DNA from: Cyanophyceae cyanobacterium
GTDB lineage: Bacteria > Cyanobacteriota > Cyanobacteriia > Cyanobacteriales > JBHJGN01
Assembly (NCBI GenBank): GCA_050331735.1
Contig: JBHJGN010000040.1
Location: forward strand, 1 to 24,727
Length of the DNA stretch: 24,727 nt
Direction: 5' to 3'
The notes beneath the pieces were generated by a model. That model saw nothing but the letters and a program-made list of their open reading frames with translations, was not told the DNA's origin and made no database searches. This document shows positions 16,101-24,466 of this stretch, piece by piece. The stretch's first letter is position 1; each line of letters begins with the position of its first letter. The translations under genes were made by a program, and so were the position numbers.

Positions 16101-16397
16101 GTCTTCGGCAGATCCCTCAACGTTTTGTCCCTGGAGGGCTGCTAGAGAGAGATACTCATCGCCATTTTCGTCAAAGCCATAGCTGGGGGCTACAGCTTTA
16201 ATGCCGTAAGCGTGAACGACAGCTCCGGCATTAGAGGTAGCAACAATCTGATCGTCGAGGTGTCCGAGGTAGACACCCGCTTCGGGAGCTTCATCCCAGT
16301 TTAGGCGACCATCGGGACCGACCGTTTCAAAACGGGCGGCAGCGTAGTGGGATGGATCGGACCCGTCTGGGTGAATAAAAATAACGTTACTTGGCAT
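13110..16397 (-). CDS. Alkaline phosphatase-superfamily protein with two tandem PhoA-like domains and C-terminal RTX Ca-binding repeats (1095 aa)
   Basis: Two copies of NVIFIHPDG...ATSNAGAVVHAYG...AEPGTGVFLA...EEE(G/A)TDNFGN...TAADS...YRLMYE.LF, at about 16397-15095 and 15017-13701. These are followed by GGxGDD/GDAGDD nonapeptides and a DTF...G.DTIVDF tail. There is no N-terminal signal peptide and the protein is very acidic. Confidence 0.9.
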   Translation of the reverse strand: MPSNVIFIHPDGSDPSHYAAARFETVGPDGRLNWDEAPEAGVYLGHLDDQIVATSNAGAVVHAYGIKAVAPSYGFDENGDEYLSLAALQGQNVEGSAEDATILEEAIAAGRPTAVINSGFIAEPGTGVFLADAESRSDREGITAQIVESGVNVIMGAGEVDYLPVGTVGFFGEEGTRTDGRNLIEEAEAMGYEVVFTREELEALSPDTERVLGIFAAEDTYNDVPEGALIDEGLVTDDGELITYGQPPENLDPVTVGEMLEATLDLNVFAEEDEGFMIVLEEEGTDNFGNNNNARGTIDATIRADEALGVAQDFIEENPNTFVVTAADSAGGSLEVDDVDGDTVGTTIAQARLDDAGEFTGDEIPYDGTTGSDTAPFVAAPDANGDVFEYGVLWAGLPDFAGSIVSKAYGEGAERLPATLDNTAIYRLMYESLFDVSLDAPEGVPDDLEPREAPEPTADTGNVIFIHPDGTSPSHYAAARFASVGTDGRLNWDQMSDAGVYLGHIDDRLVATSNAGAVVHAYGVKPFAGSYGFDAPIAEGGEEIVSLSGKPITIMQEAQEAGKAVGVINSGFIAEPGTGVFLADADDRGQTEEITAEILDSGAEVILGAGETDYLPEGTVGVFGEEGTRTDGRNLIEEAEAAGYTVVFTREELMAVDPAQTERLLGIFAASDTYNDTFEDNLRDQGLVEDDGDLILYGQPPLNPNPPTIAEMTEVALPILDRDPDGFMLTLEEEATDNFGNSNNAAGTIEAAIRADEAIGLALDFVDNTDPNTLVLTAADSDAGGLEVDDVPLDGFGDVPNPDATLRVQAETVAFGDDADGVPVQVDDTDGSNNDNFEPFVTGAPDADGDIFDFGVAWASLTDVNGGIVSKAYGLNSEELPATADNTDMYRLMYETLFGVAPEEVAANRGTDGDDELEGTDGEETLEGLAGNDTVAGGLGDDEIFGNEGDDVLRGDLNSRSPQVGIGGDDTIFGGAGDDRLGGKGGDDELFGDAGDDSLFGDDGDDLLNGGEGNDILQGDDFSGGEGSDTFVLAAGAGTDTIVDFEVGTDLIGLDGLEFGDLSFSGSTISLGEEDLAVVQSVDVTSLGADAFAVV

Positions 16398-16602
16398 TGA
16401 CTAATTTCCTCTTGCAGGTTTTTTAGGGGGTAGGAACGATCACTCAATAATTGAGACAGCCAGCGCTCAGCAAACGGGGCAGCGATCTGAAAAAATTCCA
16501 GCGGTTCAACCGCTCTTTTACAGAACAATGGGATCGTGTTTGCCAGTCTCAACTCATTTAGAGCTAATCACTTTTCCTGACCTCGCAAATTTTCCTACGT
16601 CA

Positions 16603-16632
16603 AGGTTATTTTTTGTTTATTAAGCTGTTAAA
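16603..16632 (-). promoter_or_regulatory. Candidate SphR/PhoB Pho box upstream of the alkaline phosphatase
   Basis: Minus-strand 8-mers TTTAACAG, AATAAACA and AATAACCT at exact 11-bp spacing, resembling the cyanobacterial PyTTAAPyPy(T/A) repeat. Degenerate and in AT-rich DNA. Confidence 0.4.
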
Positions 16633-17048
16633 AAAACGCAAAATAGGTATAAGTATATACAAAAATGCTTAAGTAAGATTTTTCTCTAGCCATTGAACAG
16701 ATTTTGCGCTTGTCATCCATATTCCTTCTTAAGAGAGATGACAAAAAACGACACCAATATTGTTTTTAATCTGCTAGCTTAAGCCACATCTGCATCGATA
16801 TGACAGCAGATTTCTAAAGCTTTTTTTGAAATTCAAAATAGGCCGTTTGATCGCCAAAATTCTTTTCCGGTGAGCCGCTTCCAGAATCAGTTTATTTTGA
16901 CGGTGGCTGGTTTCCAAAGAAGACCTGAAGAGTTAATGGTACCGGCGATCGCTTAGAAAAAAACCTTGACTTTTTATCCCTTTTAGCAGTAGCTCTCCTA
17001 GAAAGTACAGAGGTATTTAAGAATTAGTTAATTTTTAAATAAGAGCTA

Positions 17049-17130
17049 ATTAACATTAGATTAAGTATGCGAGTTTCTACGGAAACTTTACCAAGTCTTT
17101 ACAAAAAAACTGGGGATCAGTCGTGATAAT
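17049..17130 (+). promoter_or_regulatory. Candidate Pho box and -10 element upstream of the 5'-nucleotidase
   Basis: TTCTACGG (17075), CTTTACCA (17086) and CTTTACAA (17097) at an 11-bp period. ATTAACAT (17049) and ATTAAGTA (17060) are also 11 bp apart. GATAAT is at 17125-17130. Confidence 0.45.
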
Positions 17131-17290
17131 TACTAAAAGAAAGCAGTAGCAAAACCTACTTTTTCGCTGCTGTTGTCGCTCAAAAACTTCTCAAGCTAGT
17201 CTTCAGTTTCAACTAAGCTGGCAAATGCCCGTTTTTGGGCTTTATATCATCAACACCAACACTAACAGTCGCAGGATAGTTACAGTTCTT

Positions 17291-19165
17291 ATGGGAATCC
17301 ATTCATCAATCAAGGTGAGCTTGATTGGCTTGACACTGGGCATTTTTCAGGCTCAGTCAATTCAGGCTCAGACGTTCGATCTGACCATTTTTCACAACAA
17401 CGATGGCGAATCCGCCCTCCTCGCCGATGAGGACGAAGGCGGCATTGCTAATTTTGTTGGGTTGCTCGAAAATCTCCGCGAGGCGACAGATAATCCCTCG
17501 ATTACCCTCTCTTCCGGTGACAACGTTTTGGCGGGATTGTCTTTTGAAGCCAGCCAAGAAGACGATTTTCTCTACGATGCGGCGGCCCTCAGCGAAATCG
17601 GGTACGATGCGATCGCCCTTGGCAATCACGAATTCGATTTCGGTCCTGATTTCCTCGCCACCTTCATCGAGGAGTACAGCAATCAGGGCGGCACAGCCCC
17701 TTTTCTGAGCGCTAATTTAGAGTTTGATGGTTCGCCCCTAGAACCGCTAGTTGCTGAGAGTCCCGTTACCTCTCCCGTCACAGAACCCACCGTTGCCGAA
17801 AGCGCGATTATCAACCGCGATGGGGAGCAAATTGGCGTTGTCGCTGCGATTACTCCCACTCTCCCGTCATCTTCTAGCCCTCAATCGGTCGGGGTAATCG
17901 AGGACGTCCAGGCAGAAGCTCAGCAAGAGATCGATGCTCTAGAGGAACAGGGCATTAATAAAGTTATTTTGATCAGTCACCTCCAGGGGATTGACACTGA
18001 ACTCGACTTGATTCCTGAGCTTAGCGGCGTCGATGTTGTCATTGCCGGCGGCGGCGACGAACTGCTGGTCGATGAAGAAGACCTTGAAACAAACGTGCTG
18101 CCCAGCGATCAAGAAAACATTGCCGATGGGAGCAGTAGCCGTTTTGGTGATTATCCAGTCACGGCAACCAATGCTGACGGCGCGACGGTTCCTGTGGTAA
18201 CAACGCCAGGGGAGTATGGCTACCTGGGTCGTTTAGAAGTTGTGTTTAACGATGCTGGTGAAGTCACCGAGTTTGGAGGAGAGCCGATTCGCGTACTCGC
18301 CGAAGATCCTAACGTCGAACCCGATCAAGAGATCGTTGCTAATATCGTTGACCCCCTAGAAGTAGCCGTTGCCGATTTAGAGCAAGAAATTGTCGGCACG
18401 ACTAACGTTTTCCTCAACGGAGTGCGTGAATCTGTCCGCACTGAAGAAACCAACTTAGGTGACCTCATTGCTGACTCACTGCTCTGGCAGGCCCAGGAGG
18501 AAGCCAGTGCTTTTGGGGCTCCGATTCCCGCGATTGGTCTTCAAAACGGAGGCGGCATTCGCAATAGCAATACCTTTGATGAGGGCGAAGAAATTTCAGT
18601 CGCTGAAACCATTGACGTGCTTCCGTTCCCTAACTTTGTTGGCATTGTTGAAGACGTAACCCCCGAACAGCTCAAGGCCGTTTTTGAGAACGCCTATGGC
18701 GGAATTGAAGACGTAAGCGGTGCGTTTGCTCAGGTATCTGGGGTGCGAGTGGGAATTAATGTTGAAGCTGAACCGGGCAGCCGTGTCGTCAGCGTGATCT
18801 TAGATGACGGGACTGAAATCGTTATGAATGGTCAACTGGTTGCTGGCGCTCCGACTGTTGCTCTCGCCACAATCGATTTTCTAGCTGGGGGGGGAGATGA
18901 TTATCCGCTGGCTGATAATCCGTTTACCCCAGTGGGGGTTTCCTATCAGCAGGCCCTGCGAAACTACATTGAAGACGAACTCGGTGGAGTGATTCCGGCT
19001 GAGCTGTATCCGACCGATCCCGAAGAAGGCGATTTGGCTGGCGGCAACGCACGTATCTTTGATGCCGAGGCCGTCGTAGACGAGAACGTTCCTGAACCCG
19101 CTACGATTCTAGGGTTGCTGACCTTCGGCGTCCTTGGTAGCGCGGTTCGCCGTCGCAAAGCGTAG
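17291..19165 (+). CDS. Secreted 5'-nucleotidase/metallophosphoesterase (UshA-like) with PEP-CTERM anchor
   Basis: Signal peptide ending IQA-QT, HNNDGES, SSGDN, ALGNHEFDFG, FLSAN, VRTEETNLGDLIAD, NGGGIRNS, LPFPN, FAQVSG, FLAGGGDDY, and C-terminal VPEPATILGLL...RRRK. Start reassigned to ATG 17291. Confidence 0.92.
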   Translation: MGIHSSIKVSLIGLTLGIFQAQSIQAQTFDLTIFHNNDGESALLADEDEGGIANFVGLLENLREATDNPSITLSSGDNVLAGLSFEASQEDDFLYDAAALSEIGYDAIALGNHEFDFGPDFLATFIEEYSNQGGTAPFLSANLEFDGSPLEPLVAESPVTSPVTEPTVAESAIINRDGEQIGVVAAITPTLPSSSSPQSVGVIEDVQAEAQQEIDALEEQGINKVILISHLQGIDTELDLIPELSGVDVVIAGGGDELLVDEEDLETNVLPSDQENIADGSSSRFGDYPVTATNADGATVPVVTTPGEYGYLGRLEVVFNDAGEVTEFGGEPIRVLAEDPNVEPDQEIVANIVDPLEVAVADLEQEIVGTTNVFLNGVRESVRTEETNLGDLIADSLLWQAQEEASAFGAPIPAIGLQNGGGIRNSNTFDEGEEISVAETIDVLPFPNFVGIVEDVTPEQLKAVFENAYGGIEDVSGAFAQVSGVRVGINVEAEPGSRVVSVILDDGTEIVMNGQLVAGAPTVALATIDFLAGGGDDYPLADNPFTPVGVSYQQALRNYIEDELGGVIPAELYPTDPEEGDLAGGNARIFDAEAVVDENVPEPATILGLLTFGVLGSAVRRRKA

Positions 19166-19202
19166 TGCTTTGTTAGAGTATCAGTCGAATTGGCATAGCG
19201 TA

Positions 19203-19227
19203 GGCGCTGCTAAGCAGCGCTTTTTTT
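19203..19227 (+). terminator. Rho-independent terminator
   Basis: GCGCTGC-TAA-GCAGCGC followed by T7. Confidence 0.85.
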
Positions 19228-19618
19228 GTCACAAAACCTAGACTAGAATTGGTGCTTGACCTCGGTCAAGGAGAAAGGAGAAGAGTAGGACAAGGCTAGA
19301 GATGGCAGCTATAGCCATTTTAGATTAGCAGTCAGTCTGGTTTGACATGACTAATCGGTTTCCAGTGCTTGCTATCAGCAAAAGATAACTTGAGGGTGCC
19401 GCCCTCTTGAATAGTACCTAGCCAGTATAGAGCATAGAAAACCCATGCGTAAGCGATCGCAGAAGACAAAAGCCAAAAAACTCAGAAGTGGTGATCGCCT
19501 GACTCAGTAAGATAAGTACGGTAATCCGAATCTCCCCCAGTGTGTATTTCCTACGCCACAATAAGAAAGTGAAATGGCATGATTAGTGACTAATAGAAGA
19601 CTAGTTGAGCAAAGCAAT

Positions 19619-21601
19619 ATGACTGTACTCGAACAGGGCAATATTACGATCCATACCGAGAATATTTTTCCCATTATTAAAAAATCTCTCTATACGGATC
19701 ACGAGATTTTCTTGCGGGAGCTGATTTCTAACGCGGTAGATGCGATCGCCAAGCTGAAAATGGTGTCCTACAGCGATGATTTTAGCGGGGAAGTAGGCGA
19801 ACCGGAAATTACCATCGCCGTTGATAAGGAGAAAAAGACGCTATCGGTGACCGACAACGGCATCGGCATGACGGCTGATGAAATCAAAAAATACATCAAC
19901 CAGGTCGCCTTTTCCAGCGCCGAAGAGTTTATTCAAAAGTATCAAAAAGAAGACCCCAACGCTTTGATTGGGCACTTCGGTTTGGGATTCTATTCCTCAT
20001 TTATGGTAGCGAAGCAGGTAGAAATCGATACCCTTTCCTACCGCGATGGTGCGCAGGCGGTCCACTGGTCCTGCGATGGTTCTCCGGCTTTTCAGCTTGA
20101 AGATTCCTCCCGCACCGAGCGCGGCACTACCGTTACCCTTACCCTGATGGAGGAGGAAGAGGAATACCTAGAGCCTGCCCGGATTCGGCAGTTGGTGACG
20201 ACCTACTGCGATTTTATGCCCGTCTCGATTAAGTTCGAGGACGAAGCAGTTAACAAGCAGCGGGCGCTGTGGAAAGAGTCGCCACGAGACCTAACTGATG
20301 ACGATTATTTAGAGTTCTATCGCTACCTCTACCCGTTTCAGGAAGATCCTCTGCTGTGGGTGCATCTCAGCACCGACTATCCGTTTCTGCTCAACGGGAT
20401 TTTGTTTTTCCCCAAGCTGAAGCCGGATGTAGACCCCAATAAAGGGCAGATCAAGCTGTTCTGCAATCAGGTTTTTGTCAGCGACCACTGCGAAGAAATT
20501 ATTCCCGACTTTCTGTTGCCGCTACGGGGAGTGATCGACAGCCCAGACATTCCCCTCAACGTCTCTAGAAGCGCTTTAACGAACGATCGCACCGTGCGCC
20601 GCATCGCCGACTACATTGCGCGGAAAATTGGCGATCGCCTCAAGTCTCTCTATAACGAAGATCGCCAAGAGTACGTTCGCTGCTGGCAGGATATCGGAAC
20701 TTTCGTCAAGTTTGGCTCGCTTAAAGACGACAAATTTAAAAAGCAGGTGGAGGACTTCATCATCTATCGCACCACCGCCGACCTTGGGACTGCCAAGGAT
20801 GAGCCGAAAGTAGAGGTGCAAACGGGTGAGGATGATGCTTGGCAGGATGCCACTACAGAAGCAAACATGAGCCAAGGGGACAGCGGAGAATACTATACCA
20901 CTCTCGCCGAATACCTAGAGCGCAATAAAGAGCGGCACGAAAATCGCGTGTTCTACTGCTCCGATCCCTCCACCCAGGCCACTTACGTCCAGCTTTACCA
21001 AAATCAGGGTCTAGAAGTTCTCTACATGGACTCCTTCATCGACAATAACTACTTTGTTCCCTTTCTAGAAAGAGAGCATTCGGATGTTAAGTTTACCCGC
21101 GTTGATGCGGAACTCGACCAAACTCTACTCGAGAAAGATCAGTCCGGGGAAATTGTCGATCCAACTACCAACAAATCCCGCAACGATCAGATCAAAGAGC
21201 TGTTCGAGAAAGCCCTCAACAAGCCCAAGGTGAACGTTAAAACTCAGGCGCTCAAGTCCGACGATCCCCAAGGAACGCCACCAGCGATGGTGTTGCTACC
21301 AGAAGCAATGCGCCGAATGCGGGAAATGGCCGCGCTGATGCAGCAGCAGGAGCTAGAGTTTCCCGAAGAGCACGTGTTGGTGGTCAACACTGCTCATCCT
21401 CTGGTGCAAAACATCCTTGACCTCAACAAGGGCAGCATTATTGGAGCCGGAGGACAGTCTACGCAAGGCGAACTAGTGAACATGATGTGTCAGCACGTCT
21501 ATGACCTGGCGCTGATGTCTCAAAAAGCGTTTAACGCCGAAGGCATGAAAGCATTTGTTGAGCGCTCTAATCAGGTACTTACAAAACTGACGGGCAAGTA
21601 A
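19619..21601 (+). CDS. htpG: Molecular chaperone HtpG (Hsp90)
   Basis: IHTENIFPIIKKSLY, FLRELISNAVDA, DNGIGM, IGHFGLGFYS, GVIDSPDIPLNVSR. Start reassigned to ATG 19619 (MTVLEQG). Confidence 0.97.
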   Translation: MTVLEQGNITIHTENIFPIIKKSLYTDHEIFLRELISNAVDAIAKLKMVSYSDDFSGEVGEPEITIAVDKEKKTLSVTDNGIGMTADEIKKYINQVAFSSAEEFIQKYQKEDPNALIGHFGLGFYSSFMVAKQVEIDTLSYRDGAQAVHWSCDGSPAFQLEDSSRTERGTTVTLTLMEEEEEYLEPARIRQLVTTYCDFMPVSIKFEDEAVNKQRALWKESPRDLTDDDYLEFYRYLYPFQEDPLLWVHLSTDYPFLLNGILFFPKLKPDVDPNKGQIKLFCNQVFVSDHCEEIIPDFLLPLRGVIDSPDIPLNVSRSALTNDRTVRRIADYIARKIGDRLKSLYNEDRQEYVRCWQDIGTFVKFGSLKDDKFKKQVEDFIIYRTTADLGTAKDEPKVEVQTGEDDAWQDATTEANMSQGDSGEYYTTLAEYLERNKERHENRVFYCSDPSTQATYVQLYQNQGLEVLYMDSFIDNNYFVPFLEREHSDVKFTRVDAELDQTLLEKDQSGEIVDPTTNKSRNDQIKELFEKALNKPKVNVKTQALKSDDPQGTPPAMVLLPEAMRRMREMAALMQQQELEFPEEHVLVVNTAHPLVQNILDLNKGSIIGAGGQSTQGELVNMMCQHVYDLALMSQKAFNAEGMKAFVERSNQVLTKLTGK

Positions 21602-21751
21602 TACCAATTAGAAAAAGTCATGAGAGACTTGATCTGTTGGGGAAAAGGGGAAAGGGTAAGGGGGAAAGGTAAACACAACAAGCCTTTCCCTTTTAAGAGC
21701 CAACTCTTTGTTAGTTAGGAGAACTATCTCACTCCTTTCGGTAAATGGTAT
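21601..21751 (-). mobile_element. MITE-like element, copy 3 (inverted, more diverged)
   Basis: The reverse complement reads ATACCATTTACCGAAAGGAGTGAGATAGTTC...ATCAAGTCTC...CTTTTTCTAATTGGTAT. It begins at the last base of the htpG stop codon. Confidence 0.82.
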
Positions 21752-21763
21752 AAGCTTTTAACG

Positions 21764-21788
21764 AAGGGGGCAAAGCCCCCTTTTTTTT
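21764..21788 (+). terminator. Rho-independent terminator of htpG
   Basis: AAGGGGGC-AAA-GCCCCC followed by T8. Confidence 0.88.
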
Positions 21789-21872
21789 GTTCGTGACGTT
21801 CCGCTTTGTCCGTCGCTAGAATCTTTCGTTTTCAACTAACTTAATCCAGTCAGAGCGCAAGCGGGTTAAAGC

Positions 21873-22028
21873 TTACAGGCTCTCAATGAACACTTCCACT
21901 GTGACTTGCGCTTGCTTGATAATGCCGCTCAATGTACCGATCTTTAATTCTCGATGCACAGGAAAAACGCAACCAATTTCTCCTGCCTCGGTTGCTTTCT
22001 TTATTACTACATGACTACCCGTTTGACT
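21873..22028 (-). pseudogene. hicA: HicA-family toxin remnant with the N-terminus missing
   Basis: SQTGSHVVIKKATEAGEIGCVFPVHRELKIGTLSGIIKQAQVTVEVFIESL* carries the HicA motifs GSH, P.H and GTL..I.KQA. There is no in-frame ATG before the upstream stop at 22071-22073, and no hicB is adjacent. Confidence 0.85.
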
Positions 22029-22492
22029 AAAACTCAGTTCTAAACGATAGTTATTAGTTAGACAGTCTTCTTACGACGATTACTTTAAAGTGTCCGCTGA
22101 TGTTGAAAATATATACTCGCTACTGAGTATTACAGGTTCTTTAATTACAGGTAGTTTCTTCAACAGAGCCATAGGAATAGGGTCCAGGATAGCGGTCAAG
22201 ATAGTGAGTATGAATAATTAACCCTTCCCCCTCTCGCCAGACGTGAAGCTGGCAAGCCGCAGGCTCCATCAAAAACTGACCGGGAGCATTGGGGCGAAGA
22301 TCGAGCTTAGAACGATACAAAACAGAGCAAGTAGGCAGATATCAAAACCATTGAATTCGTGCTGACTTATTAAGAAACTTGCATGTTTGCGTAACGGATA
22401 CACCAACATCTCAAGGGAATCATGATTCATCTCATTTCCCTCCCGGCTCAACCTCTACTCAAGTATCCAGACGATTACCAATCAATCATCTT

Positions 22493-23392
22493 TTATAACC
22501 TCGCCAGCCACGGCAGCAGCAACGTCACGAAGTAATAAATAATTGGAGCCGTAAACACGTAGCTATCGGTTCTATCTAAAATCCCTCCGTGTCCGGGGAT
22601 GAGCTGCCCAGAATCTTTCACTCCGGCATCCCGCTTCATCATTGATTCGGTCAAGTCTCCCAGCAAGCTCACGATCCCAATGAGCATTCCTAAGGTTGCA
22701 CCAGTGATGTACCAGAAAGGCCAGCCTAAATACCAGGCTCCGGCTTCGGCCACTGCGATACTGGCAGAAATCCCAAACAAAGCTCCTTCTACCGTTTTCT
22801 TAGGACTAATCGCTGAGAGAGGGGTGCGACCAAAAAATTTTCCCATCGTGTAGGCTCCAATATCGGCAGCCCAAATGCAGCTAAAGGCCAGTAGCGTTAC
22901 TTTGAGAACTTCAGGAAAACTACTCATATCGGTCCAAGATTCGGGCCAGTAGTTGAGGAGTGGCAGATGGGTGTTGATATTGGCAACGGTGACTTCGGTG
23001 GAGGTACTGCTCAAGCCGACCCGAAGCCGAATCCAGTAGCTAGGCAGATAACCGCCGTAAAACAGACCCAAGATTGAGGTAGAAATGTCGGCAATGGTGG
23101 CTAGCTTGGGCTGAAACAGCAGGTAAAAACAAATTAAGGCTCCAGCTAGGGGAAAGACCACATCGGTTAGAGAGGGCACCACTGCCGCCGTCAACAGCAG
23201 CAGTTGCGAAACCACCAGCGTGGTTTTTGCCGCTGGAGCGATTCCTTTAGAGCGAACGAGCTGAAAGTATTCTAGCTGTCCGAGAAAAACGATGCCGCAC
23301 ATCCCAATTGTAAAGTACCATCCTCCAAACAGAATCATCCCAAAAGCAACGGCGATCGCCACTGTTGCGCTAATAATTCGAGACCAGGGCAT
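22493..23392 (-). CDS. cdsA: Phosphatidate cytidylyltransferase
   Basis: WAADIGAY..GK.FG, ISPKKTVEG, GDLTESMMKRDAGVKDSGQLIPGHGGILDRTDS. Probable start MPWSRI at 23392. Confidence 0.96.
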   Translation of the reverse strand: MPWSRIISATVAIAVAFGMILFGGWYFTIGMCGIVFLGQLEYFQLVRSKGIAPAAKTTLVVSQLLLLTAAVVPSLTDVVFPLAGALICFYLLFQPKLATIADISTSILGLFYGGYLPSYWIRLRVGLSSTSTEVTVANINTHLPLLNYWPESWTDMSSFPEVLKVTLLAFSCIWAADIGAYTMGKFFGRTPLSAISPKKTVEGALFGISASIAVAEAGAWYLGWPFWYITGATLGMLIGIVSLLGDLTESMMKRDAGVKDSGQLIPGHGGILDRTDSYVFTAPIIYYFVTLLLPWLARL

Positions 23393-23510
23393 TACGTACA
23401 TCGTCAATTATAGGGAGAATAGGTATCAAACAGACCTAATGTCAGATTAGCAAATTCTTGAAATTCGGTTTTGTTAACGAGAGTCATCTTTGGAGCTATT
23501 TTAAACAAAG

Positions 23511-23712
23511 ATGTGCCATCGGCGCGAGGAAAGGTTGCTACGCAACGGGGAAAGGGCAACGGGAAAAGAAAAAATAAATAACGATAAAACCCACTGGATT
23601 TAGACCTGAAATCATTGATGAGGAACAAGCACAAGGATTAGAAGCAAACTCAATTCCCTCCGCTTTCCTCCTTTTCCCACGCCTGCGGCGTTTCCCCGTC
23701 CCGGAGGAACTT
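23511..23712. repeat. STRR and mini-hairpin intergenic repeat cluster
   Basis: Hairpins GTGCC-ATC-GGCGC (23513), GTTGC-TAC-GCAAC (23534), ACGCC-TGC-GGCGT (23679) and GTCCC-GGA-GGAAC (23698), with GGGGAAA and TTTTCCC tracts. Confidence 0.7.
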
Positions 23713-23714
23713 AC

Positions 23715-24305
23715 TTAAAGCTTTTCCCCACTGAGAATAAAGGTGGGATCGACAGCGGCGAAGGTTTGATGAATTCCTCGAGTTTCCAAACGGTTAACTG
23801 CGGCCTGAACCACTTCTACATTGCGAGCCTGTAGTTGTGCGAACCCCTCTGAAAGAGCATAAAGAGCTTCTAAATTTTCCGCCGTGGCCACAACGCGGCC
23901 AGTGGGCTGCAAATGCTGCCAGACCTGTTTGAGAATTTCCTTAACGGGTCTTCCTCCTTCAATGCAAACGCGATCCGGTTGAGGACGAAGAGTGTGAATA
24001 CACTCCGGTGCTTTCCCAGAAAAAACTTCCACATTTGTGACTCCAAAGCGAGCACAGTTGCGATGAATTAAGTCAACTACCTCCTCATCTCTTTCCACGG
24101 CGATCACTCTCCCTTGAGGGCAGAGCATGCCTGTTTCTACAGTAACGGTGCCAGTTCCTGCTCCAATATCCCATAGGACTGAGTTTGCCTTCAGTCGTAA
24201 AGCAGAGATCAACAATAGTCGCACTTCTCGCTTACTTAAGGGAATACCGGGTAATCGTTCAAAAAGATCGTCGGGAATACCGGAAGTGGTATAGGGCCAG
24301 AGCAT
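23715..24305 (-). CDS. cbiT: Precorrin-6B C15-methyltransferase (decarboxylating) CbiT
   Basis: GIPD.LF, SKREVR, WDIGAGTG, AVERD, NCARFG, G.APE, GRVVA. Probable start MLWPY at 24305. Confidence 0.93.
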   Translation of the reverse strand: MLWPYTTSGIPDDLFERLPGIPLSKREVRLLLISALRLKANSVLWDIGAGTGTVTVETGMLCPQGRVIAVERDEEVVDLIHRNCARFGVTNVEVFSGKAPECIHTLRPQPDRVCIEGGRPVKEILKQVWQHLQPTGRVVATAENLEALYALSEGFAQLQARNVEVVQAAVNRLETRGIHQTFAAVDPTFILSGEKL

Positions 24306-24419
24306 AGATTCGGAGCTTAGTGGAATGCAGGAAGCTAAATCAAGAGCCATACCGGCCCCAGTTGGTGAGGCGGATGGTTCTATTTAACGTTACCCAATTA
24401 TTCCCGGCTATTCACTAGG

Positions 24420-24453
24420 AGCAGTGAGCAGTCAACGGTTAGCAGTGACCAAC
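24420..24453. repeat. STRR-type heptamer tandem repeat
   Basis: AGCAGTG AGCAGTC AACGGTT AGCAGTG. Confidence 0.55.
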
Positions 24454-24466
24454 ATTGATGAATCGG

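Noticed and set aside
13144..16182. Numerous Ser/Pro-rich plus-strand ORFs and ORF 13244..13705
   Set aside because: They are shadow frames of the Asp/Gly/Glu-rich phosphatase gene.
19255..19270. Palindrome CTTGACC-TC-GGTCAAG upstream of htpG as a CIRCE or other operator
   Set aside because: It does not match CIRCE (TTAGCACTC-N9-GAGTGCTAA), is about 350 bp from the start, and occurs once.
22269..22451. 60-aa minus-strand ORF and nearby small hairpins at 22234-22265
   Set aside because: No recognisable motif. It may be cdsA 3' UTR or terminator sequence, and I cannot support it as a gene or ncRNA.
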